A stretch of 64,000 nt of DNA from the NCBI GenBank assembly GCA_047495785.1, contig JBLDXI010000028.1:434001-498000 (forward strand), written 5' to 3'. Positions within the stretch are counted from its first letter, which is position 1. Every line of letters begins with the position of its first letter. Below, piece by piece: positions 1 to 10,400 of the stretch. This stretch comes from Lepidodermella squamata. Its lineage: Eukaryota; Animalia; Gastrotricha. The notes below the pieces were generated by a model. It made no database searches and was not told where the DNA came from. It was given only the letters and a program-made list of their open reading frames with translations. The position numbers and the translations under genes were made by a program.

Positions 1-3000
1 GGAACAAAGCCGAAACTCCCCAGACCTCTAATTCTCTCAAAGCTTCCCGAATTGTAACTTCGCCCTGGGCTCTTTGGTTGAGCTCTTTCAACGCTTCAAC
101 ATTTGCCAACACAGCATCGGCGCAATCGACAATGTTTCCGAAGTTGAGTTTTTCCAGGGTCATTCCTTTCGGCATATTGAGCTGCCGGAACAATTCGAGC
201 CAGTGATCTTGCGATAAAGCCTCGCCTCTCACCCATTTGAAAGCTGGGCAGAGAGCTCGGAACTTGTCGATATCCTTCTGAATCCTAGCTACCATAGGGC
301 TAGCTTCTTCAGTCCTCAGCTTTTCATGCCAGGTTGTCAAAAACTCCTCGAATTGATAGGTTTTCGATCTGAAAGAGATCCAATCTTCCTTACGCAGGAC
401 TTCGAGGCCTGAGTGGAACTGCTCAAACAACGACCACATTTGTTCTTGAGCCGCTATGTCATCTTTCAGCTTTTTCGCCAGATCAAAATCAGGATTATCC
501 ATGCCGAAGTGATCGCATTCAGAACTCAATTTGGTAATTGCAGCGTCCAACTCATCGAATTCCTTCTTCCGATCTTTAATGCTTTGAATAGCGTCGAGAA
601 GTTGTTTGTTGGTCCCGAATAGCAAGTCATCCTTCGGCTTCAATTGCGCCCATCTAGCCGAGAATTTTTCAACGTTTGCTTGCGTGTTTTTAACCTCGGT
701 TAGCACGTTGCCTTTAATAACTTCAACCTGATCTCGAACCATGAGTTGATGAGATTCTAGTAAGACTTCGAACCTGTCCCAATTCGGCTGGAGTTGGGTT
801 AAAGAATCAACCCCTCGCCCGACTGTTTGTCTCAACAGTTTGTTCTGCTCTTCACAGGCCTGAAACAGCGGTTGCATTTCCGCCTTCAATTTCGAGAATT
901 CCGCATGTTTTACAGTCGCCTCCGAGATTTCCTCAACAGTTTGAGGACGCTTGGTTAACGTAGTAAGAGCTCCCTGGACGAACTGTTCGATTTTCTGAAC
1001 ATTTTGCTGGCATCGAGTTCTCAAAACGTGGACCAATGCATCCTGTAACTGCTGCAACAGATCTTCGACCGAAAGCTTGAACGGGTTGAGATTGATCAAG
1101 ATACAGTCGATTTTAATGTGGTTCGGCAGCTTCTCGATATCGGCACCTCGAATTTTTAGGGCTTTGAAGTTATCCTCGAAATCAACGTTAGTTACAAGAT
1201 GTTTATCGACAAATTCTTCGACATCATATTTAGCCAAAGAGCTGAAGTCACGAAATCTCTCTGTGACCAATTGAAGTCGTTTGAAGATGGATGAAGCTTT
1301 CTCGAAGCAGGTTATCATTCCTTCCGGGTGGCGCTCGATAATAGATGGGAAAATGAAACCTTCAGTTCGATCGCCAACGCCCCGGAACAAGTTCGGAATC
1401 GAGATGAATTTCTTCATTTCTTTGTAATATCTCGACTTGATTTGTTCGAAAGGCGGGTTGAACTGAATCTTGCCTGATCGAATGACCAAATCAGCTTGAA
1501 TTTCGGGTTGGTTTTCGTTCAAAGCCTCCAAGCCCATCAGCCATTGGTGTTCAAGGGCTTTGTAGAGCTGTCGGTCTAAATGATCACGCCAGGGTTTCAT
1601 TCCCTCGGCCGAAAAGCCTTGGTCGACCAAATTAGCCATGATGTGCCTGATTTCCATCAGAACGTCCTTCCACTGTTGCTGTTGTCTTAGAAGGTCGATA
1701 CTGAGTAGCCTAGCAATTTTTTCAATGATTGTTTGGTGGCTTTGGCGGAGTTTTCTGTTCTCATTCGTGAGTTTATCCGCGACTTTTTGAAGTTTCTGGA
1801 TGTAGGCCTCCAATTCCTCAGCGCTATCCCAAGTCACAGAAACATTGCCAGAAGCGCCAGTTTTTGAGTCGCCCTTCGGTTTCTTTATCAATCGCTCGAA
1901 TTCCAAAGCGGTGTTCAACATCATAGCTTGTTGACATGGCAACATTTGTTGATCGATAGTGTTGTAGAAATGACCGACTTGTTGCAGCACAATCGCGTAT
2001 TTATAGAATCGCCGTCCGACGTCGGCAGCTTTCGTGATTTTCGGAGAAATTGCATAACCAAACGATTGCATGTATGCGACTTCTTTCAGCAGAATTACTA
2101 AACGGTCGCTGTAGTTGACTATCAATTTTCCGTCAACTTGGCTGAATTCCATGACACTACCCTTCAACTCGAGACTTTTCTGCTTGTTGTCTATCATTGC
2201 CAAAACTTCACGAGACCATTCATCAGCTTTTTCAGACAGCCATGATGACAAATTCCGCTTCAATTCACCGATTTGTTGCTCGAGTTTGCCATGGGATGAT
2301 AGGTCTCGTAACACACTCTGGCTTAGTGATGAACATTCTTCGACTCGCGATAGCAGCTGACGAACGAACATCATCCGCGAAACCAGCTCAGGCATGTTTT
2401 TCGTGGTAACAGTTAGACGGCCGGATTGGAATTGCGCGAATTCATCCTCAACTTTTTTCACGATGATAAGCAAATGGCCTTGCATCATCTCTCGCTCGGC
2501 ATGTAGCTCTTTGCAAATTGTAGGGCGTCGCAGAAGTTCCTGCCTGGCTTGGAAAACTCGAAACAACTGATAAGCGTCGGATGTGTCGACTGAATTGAGT
2601 TGGAGTCGGAGTTTTTGAACAGCCTTTTGTTCGGCTGATGAGAGGGTTCGATCAACTTGACTAGCGGCTCCTCGCCACTGCTGATCAGCATAAGGCCCGC
2701 CAGCAGCTAGTGCTGTATAACCGATTGAAATGAAAGGGGCGAAAACTGAATTGGGCTGCAAGTCGAACTCGTTGCGGTCCGATGTTGAAAGCAAGCCGAT
2801 CAAAGTCTCCAGCAGTATGCGAAACGATAAGACCTCTGAAATCCGGTTGTCCAGGCGGACCAGGTTGTCGCAAATGTATTTATCGGTCTTCCAGCGATGC
2901 TCAGATTGACGCCAAAATTGGCCAGTCAAACGTTCACAGCATGATACCCAACGGCGAGAGACGAGTTGCATCGACTCGAGAACGTCTCGAGATTTAGCAT

Positions 3001-3945
3001 ACTTTCCACAAAACACGTCTTCCTCTTTAGCTATTTTGCAAACGAGTTGAGCCACAAAGTTAGCTATGTAAAAGAAAATTTAACAATATTAATGCTAAAA
3101 TGAGCAAAGTCTTACAAATGACGAAGAATATGTTCGACATTCGCTGGTCAGGAAAAGGGGGACTGATGCCAGAGTCTGTCCATAATTCATTCAGAACATC
3201 ACTTGCAACCTCAAGCGCTTCAGTAGTTGCGATCAATGAAGCAGCCTCTACGGTAGAAAAGTCCTTCACAAGAGGCTGTAAGATCATACAGATGTCGCGA
3301 GCTCTAGCTTGAGATGACTTCGATGGCCCAGAAGTGGACTGTCGCTGCCAGAAAGCAACCTCATCGGCAATAGTTGTAATTCCTAAAAGAGAGGTATTTA
3401 ATGAATAATCGATGGCAACACTGTTTGCATCATACCCATAGGTGAATCTTCTTTCGAAGGATCACCCGCACTCGAAGAGTCAATAAGAACGTTGTCCAAT
3501 TCAGATAGTAGCTTTTTAATTCTACCGTCAGAAGCAGACCCTTGCTGCAGCAATGGTAGAAACACATTGTGAACAGCATGATACAGCGTATTAAATGCTG
3601 ATTCCGTAAGAGTAAAAATAGCCACGTTTTGATTGATGTTGTCCGCAGATAAGTTAACGGCCTTGGTTTTCAAAAACAGGACGCCACTTTCTTTACCGTT
3701 TGATGCCTCGATCTGCAAGTAACACAGTTAAATAAATAACAGAGCTTATCAAACAAACAAACTCTGTTAGCAACAATCAACTTCGAACCATCTCTCCTCA
3801 CAAGTAAAACCGCGCAAGAGGGATCATCCAAAAAGTTGCCAACAGCGGCATTCGATGCTAGTTCTCCGAATGACGATGGCTCACTGGAATAGACCGACGC
3901 GGCGGCATTAACAAAGAATGCTCGCCGCTGATCCTCAATGACCAT
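1..3945 (-). CDS. DYNC2H1: Cytoplasmic dynein 2 heavy chain 1, N-terminal tail (gene continues past the left window edge)
   Basis: ATG at 3945 (MVIEDQRRAFF...NFLDD...LYHAVHNVFLPLL...LLSELD), a few short introns, then a long exon containing YAIVLQQVGHFYNTIDQQMLPCQQAMMLNTALEFERLIK, matching the dynein-2 heavy-chain tail as I recall it. Confidence 0.93.
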
Positions 3946-4078
3946 AGCTAGCAAAGATCTGAACTCTCAGCAGCGAGAGTTTGAGTGACCGTAGTAAGTG
4001 AGAATGACTATGCAGCAGGTAAATCGCATGAAACGATTATTAAAGCCGGCTCCACACACGACAGGGATTGCCACACGC

Positions 4079-4090
4079 GTTGCTAATAAC
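4079..4090. promoter_or_regulatory. Possible RFX X-box in the divergent promoter upstream of DYNC2H1
   Basis: GTTGCTAATAAC, an imperfect X-box-like palindrome about 135 nt upstream of a ciliary gene start; imperfect consensus match. Confidence 0.35.
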
Positions 4091-4343
4091 GCGCTGTTGA
4101 AGGTCACTAATAATTAAAATTTGCCATATTGTAAATTGCAGTTTGAATATTCTGTTTTTGGATATTATTTTGAAATGACAGGTTTTTATTATTTTGCGTC
4201 TTTAGGAACGCTGCTTCAGTCCATGTTTGGTTGTGAGTTCAGATCGAATCGAAATGTTGACAATTTTGATCAGCTAGAAGTTGGTCGAGCTATCTCTCGC
4301 TTACTCCTGCTGTAGATAAACGTATTCGCAATCTGAAAGTAGA

Positions 4344-5500
4344 ATGCGGATTTGCGTGATTGGCTCGGGGCAACTCGGAGCTAAGATAGCTGGTAATTTT
4401 ACGGAATTTCATCAAAATGTATTTTCTTATTGCACCCTGTCATAAAGGTGAGCTTGTTTTGTATGGCCATCGTGTGAAGCTATCAGATCGCGATGCGCGA
4501 AGACTAGATGCGGCTTACTCCAGGATAATGCAGGATCGAGAGCAGCTGCGACGAGATGGCCTCCTAACTGCAGCTCAAGAACAGGTATGACAATTCTCCT
4601 CTTAGAGCTCAGCTATTGAATCTGAAATCTGAATCGCAGGCCGTTGGTCAAATGTTCTGCTTGTCGAACATTCAAGATGCAGTGCATGATGCTGAGCTCG
4701 TGATCGAGGCAATAGTTGAGGAACTCGAGGCGAAACAACTGTTATTTGAGGAAATCAGCAAGTACTGCACAGAGACGGCCATTCTTAGTACAAACAGTCT
4801 CACCCTAAATCTGGATGAAGTCTTTGCCAAGACAGCTCATTCGGAGGTAATTATTTTACCTAGATTGCTTATCAATATTGAAAGACATTATGTGCTCAGA
4901 GAACTATTGGCATGCGGTTTCTATTTCCTGTTTACTGCATCCCTGAGGTTGAATTGACCCCTCACGGAACAACTGCGCCTGACACTATTAATAAGGTTCG
5001 AAGATTCATCTCGCAGATGGGTAAAATAGCATTTTTACGCGGAGATCGCCCGGTTATTTTGACCGAAGAAGAGCGAGAGATACGTAAACTTGAAGCCGCC
5101 GCTGCTGGTTCACTGAGCATTCATACGATGGCATCAGTTGCTGAGGACTCTGTCAGTGGAGGCGCCGGATCTCTTCACTTCTCTCGCCTCGCTCTGGCTG
5201 CCAGATCTTTTCAATCAAAAAATAATGTTGGCTATCCCAGCGATAATAACTCGATTAGCGGCGGAGGGCGTAATTTTAACAACGACTGCGCCGTTTGCTT
5301 GGATAATGCAAGGGACACGGTGCTTGAGCCATGTAGACATTTAGTAACCTGCATGGCTTGTGCAAAAAGTTGGTTGAATGAACTTAATTTCAACTTGATT
5401 TCTAACTAATTCTGTATTTTCAGCCTTGCAAAGGCGGCGCGATTCATGTCCAGTTTGCCGCTCTCCGATCGTTGATGTCATACACGTTTTCAATTCATGA
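4344..5500 (+). CDS. 3-hydroxyacyl-CoA dehydrogenase NAD-binding-like domain fused to a C-terminal C3HC4 RING finger (5 exons)
   Basis: MRICVIGSGQLGAKIAG Rossmann motif; AELVIEAIVEELEAKQLLF and ILSTNS are 3HCDH_N motifs; CAVCLDNARDTVLEPCRHLVTCMACAK|TLQRRRDSCPVCRSPI is the RING; GT-AG introns keep the frame; TGA ends at 5500. Confidence 0.85.
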
Positions 5501-5919
5501 TTTCTATTGCTAGCAGCTCGCTCTGTTCTTTCATCGAGAACTGACAGTTTTGGGCCAAGTGCTACAAGGAATCGCAATTTGTTGTTGATTTCAATATTAT
5601 TTTTCATGAAACTGTATCAAGAGTGAATCGAACCGCTGAGTATGCGAAGGTGTTTTACCCGTTGTCAATACTTTCCTCGAATCTCATACTGTTGTACCGT
5701 CAAACAAACCAAAAAGATTGTTTTAATATTTTCAGTTGGCAATAAAACCTGAAATTGCTGTCATTATTTTCTTAAATACTAAAAACACGGTCTAGGATAA
5801 TGAGCTTCGAAAGTGTTCACTCATCATTATACTACTTCGAAGCAGTAGTCGTCGTCGATGACTTCTGAACTCTCTCATTGACGTCAATCGTAACCCGAAA
5901 AAGTAGAATCAACGAGTCT

Positions 5920-6080
5920 TGGCCCGGCGCGTAAGGCGATGCTATCACCCAATCGCGGCCAACTACCTATTCGCTCGGCTGCGGCGTGCAACGCGTGATC
6001 CCCAACGGGCTCGCCTCGAACCAAAGATTGACCTAACAAATAGCCGAAAACGTTGATATCATCCGCCTAGCAATTTGCTA
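5920..6080 (-). pseudogene. Decayed partial copy of the death-domain exon at 14399-14694
   Basis: Near-identical DNA (ccaacgggctcgcctcgaaccaaagattgacctaa...aacgttgatatc) to about 14545-14735, including the intron side of the acceptor, with an internal deletion and indels. Confidence 0.85.
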
Positions 6081-6605
6081 TCATTTCAACATTATCGAAA
6101 CGCTGGCTTCTCTCAACTTTGAAACTTTGAATTTTACGATTTACCCAATAAATCAGTAAATATCGCCTTAAATATCGCCTGTCTTAAATGCTCAAACGCT
6201 CTTTGCACGTCACGAGCAAGGCTTAGGTGCTGAACTATCAGTACGCCGAAAAATAAACGCCATTTCAAAGTTTTCTATTGCATTTTCTATTGCGACTTGT
6301 ATCCCAAAGAAAAGCATGAATTGTAGGATTGTGCAAAAAATGCTGCAAAATGCGTGCCGCTCGAGTTTATTTCCAATTCATTCCAATTCATTACAAGCAG
6401 AGCAGTAACACCATACCCATGTATAAATAAGCATTAATCAGAATTCTTGAATATAACACTGCATATCATAGGCCACAAGAACAGTAATCATAGGTATATC
6501 AAATTAAAAGCCCACTAAGTTGATACTTGGATCCCACATCCGCTTCCGAGTAGACAAACTCGACTCACTGCTCCGCATCTTAAAGTCTTGACGATTTGTT
6601 GTTTT

Positions 6606-6884
6606 TCAAACCCTAATAATCCTTCGACCGTGCCCACTTGGTTTGCTGGTGTTATCATCTTTCGAATTCTTAGGCTTCTGGTTTCGCGTGATATGTGCAG
6701 GGCGCGGACGTCCCCCGTTTCTGTCGCGAAGACTTTTCTGAAAATCGGCTATCGAACGGCTTTCCTCTGAAAGTATTTCACAGGCAACGATACTAACCTT
6801 CAAAAACCAACAGTTTAATCATCAGCGCGTAAAAGCAAGAAGAAGTAAACTCACCAATAGAGCCAAAACAACGTAGCGCATCAT
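6606..6884 (-). CDS. Secreted cationic peptide precursor, copy A (2 exons)
   Basis: MMRYVVLALL|VSIVACEILSEESR...NQKPKNSKDDNTSKPSGHGRRIIRV*; hydrophobic signal peptide, phase-0 intron, upstream TATA; paralogous to the copies at 11185 and 37403. Confidence 0.8.
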
Positions 6885-7475
6885 TTTCTACCGAAACGAA
6901 AAGTTAATTGTAAATCGTAGAGGAAATAATTGAAAAATGATTGCTCCTTGCTACCAGCTATGCTGTTTTATACCCTGAAAAAACCGGTTGACTGCCAAGA
7001 TATCGAGGCCGCCGTCAAGCACCTGCCATCAAGATAAATAAACAGGCGATCGGTGTTATTTGCTATCGACGAACCTTACGAATAAGGTTGAATGAACTTA
7101 AACTAAATACTCAAGACACCAGCGCCGCATCAAAATGAATCGAGAGGAAATAATTGAGATGAAGTTGAAAGCCAAAGCTAAATAGATATAAATATACAGG
7201 GGCAACTTGTAACAAAACTGAAGCTGATTGGTGTCGATCAAATTAATGAGATTGAAACATTCAGAATATCTTTTGCCGGAATCCGTTGCTACTTTTTTCA
7301 TATAGCCTCGCATAGCCACCGCCAGGCGAAGGTCATTGGGAATGCCTGTGATCCCCGCCTCAAACCAACCCCCGAACAATTAACAAATTCGAATTAACAA
7401 ATGATCATTTTATTGAGTTATCAAATACACCACAATTATGTACAAAACAGCGTATAATGGTATTATCACTTGTAA

Positions 7476-10400
7476 TCAGAAACCGTACTTCATTTTCGAC
7501 GCCGACTTGTTCATCTTGGACGACGCCCAGAAGTCCTTCAACTCCTCCTCACGCTCCTTAGCCAGCCACGCCAAGTACGTAATTTGATGGCGCGATTTCG
7601 CCCGACCCCGCGGCGCCATCATATTGTTCGGACCATTCAGCGCCGCCTTAGCTTCCGCCATCGCCTTCTGCCGCGCGTACTCGGCCGGATCCAGCAAATC
7701 ATCGGCGTTACACTCGACAAACTGTATCGACTCGTCCTTATTGTGACGGCCCTGCATCTTGCGCAGATCTTCCTGCGTAAACGAGGTCGAAGCTCCAGCG
7801 GCTAGCAGCGACTCGGGAGTCTGCGAGGCCAACCAATCGTGATACCCAGCCTCGTTCGGATCGTCCTCATCTTCTTCATCGTCATCATCCTCGTCATCTT
7901 GATCACCCTCAACAAGATCGATGGTAACCTTCTTGTAGTTGATCGAAGATTTTTGGGTATTTGTCGGCCGAGACGGGCCGAAAATGCCTGATAATTCGTT
8001 ATCAGGCTGAGAAGTTGCGGTCAAGTTGCCAGGCTTAGCCGGGCCTATTTCAGTTCCGTAGTCGAAATGCTGCTCAACCGGCTTTTTGCTTTCATTTATC
8101 GAGAAAAAGCTGCTAGGTTCGTCGTCATCAGACGAGTAGAATTCACTCTCCATTTTCTTCGGCTCGACTACGGCCGGCTTTTTTATTGCGGGTTCAGAGG
8201 TGGCTTGGCTATTCTGAGCTTTTGCTTGAGCGGCTGCGACGGGGCGAGACTTCGCGCCCCACTCGACGTCCTCCGTCGCGATTGCACGCCGCCGCCCGGC
8301 GACTGAGGGTGGAACTAAGCCGCTTGGGACGCGAGGTGGGGGCAGCACAGAGAACAGCGGGCATCGCGCTTTTGGTTCGATGGGCGTTGGTTTCTTCGAC
8401 GGCGGACCCGCGTCTTCATCGTCGTCGGCATCGTCCAGTTTCGGCACTGTAATACGAACTTTGCCGGAGGCATCGGGTTTGAATGACGGCAGGACTGAAA
8501 ATAGAATAAAAATAAAAAAAAATAAAAATAAAAAAAGGAGGTTACAAAAAATCCAGTTGCATTTGATTCAATTTCTTTCTATTTTGCATCAGATAACCAA
8601 GTATCATTCTGCTCCAAAGTTCCTGAATTTCACAACCCAAGCCATTTAAACACGATCTTATTATTTTTTGCTACCAAATACCTGGACAATTTTAAGCGGG
8701 AAGTAGATAGACAATTAGGCATAAAGTAAACAGTTCATTCGTAGTAGCGTTGGTGTACGTGTTTTGACACCTGTTCGGGTGACTCATCTAAAGAATATAC
8801 AAGGAGGCATGGTCAGTGCACTAATGCTCGAAACTGAATTCTTACCATCAAATTGGATGGATAGCACATACAAGCATGGGGAAGCAGTTGACTTTAAACT
8901 TCAAACTTGTACATATCATTTGCGCGACCAAACGCAATAACAAAAATAAAACTGATTGCAGTCTGAGCCTTGACCCCTTGACTAGGCCTGTCGTGGTCAT
9001 TGACAAAGACCCTAGAAATTCGAGAATATTGTATTCCTTCAACTACGGCGCATGATGATGAAAATGACGGAAAATAGGAAATTCGACAAAATGTTGAGAT
9101 TAAATATCTCGCAAAGGAGAAAAGATGAAATCCAATGAAATTGTTGTTATTTAGATCAAATCTGATTAATCAACGGTTGGAAAATTCAATCAGCTCAAAG
9201 ATGCAAAAAACCGCTTGTATTTCCGTGTTACTTTTGGCAAAAGGCAACAGTTCATTGCGTCATTATGTTACGTGAGAAATTAAAATTTTTATTTTCCGAG
9301 AAAATTTTCCGAGCAGAGGTGGAAACAGGTCGGGTTGACCGGCCGGTATTTGACCGGTTGCCGGTTGGGTATGGATCAACTAAATTCTAGCCGGTTGACC
9401 GGTAAACTGGCCTTTTCGGCATACAATCAAAAAATATAGCGAATGCGTTTATCAACAATCTGAGGCAAGCGCTAAAAATTTTGTATTTTTGATGGTTCAT
9501 ATAGTGGCCAAAACCATTTTGAATTAAAAAGAAAGCCATTACGTGATTTATGTGGTTTTTGTGTTGGAGACTTAATCTTGAAACCGGTAAAATACCGGTA
9601 AACCGGCGTCGGTACAACGGTTTTCTACCGGCTTAGGTTGCCGATGGGTGACATGGGTGCCAGTTGGGTCGCCGGTCGGGTTGGGTCGAGGTTTTACCTG
9701 TTTCCACCTCTCTAAGATTCTCTGAACAACGTCGTTTTTACCCCAGTGAAGGGGTTTGGTGGCCCTCGTTAACGCAGTTCTTAATTTTAACGCATTGTTC
9801 AGTCAAATTACGATTGCACAAATGAGCGAATTTGGAAAAATTGAATATTTGATTCCGTTTTTTATGACGCATTTATGACGCGTTGTCGTGGGGAGCGTTC
9901 CGTCGTTCCGTGCAGAAAACTATTGCAATGGCGCAAGTTTTATGCTTTTAGAAGTCAAAATTTAAGCCGAAAGTGGACAATAATTAAAGCTCATTCAATT
10001 TTTAGTCGTAGGAACGTAAAGCTCATTCATTTGTCATTTCGGCGGCAGAGATTACTGAATTTTTCCGCAGTAGAGATTGCTGTAGAGCTGTAGAGATTTC
10101 AAACTTGCCCTTGTGAATAGCTTCGCTCAAATGACAAATTATTGCACAAATTATTGTTTGTTATTTAGCTCATATTTTGCATTGATTATTACCGTACTGC
10201 CCGAAAAAATGTCAGCCTCGAATAAATGGCAGCCTCAAATAAATGTCAGAAGTTAGAGGTCGTTCGAAAAAATAAACGTCAGGCCCGAAATAAATGTCAG
10301 TCCCTTTTAAATGTCAGGGGTTCATCAACGTTTGAAAAAAATAAATGTCATGGTTTTTGTTCCGGGCAGTACGGTATTCGGATTTTTGAGAACGAAAAAA

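Noticed and set aside
413-3312. Many short + strand ORFs
   Set aside because: Antisense shadows of the DYNC2H1 exons.
10205-10350. Spaced aataaatgtcag repeats superficially like a CRISPR array
   Set aside because: Irregular short repeats inside a TIR-bounded MITE in a eukaryotic genome; no cas genes.
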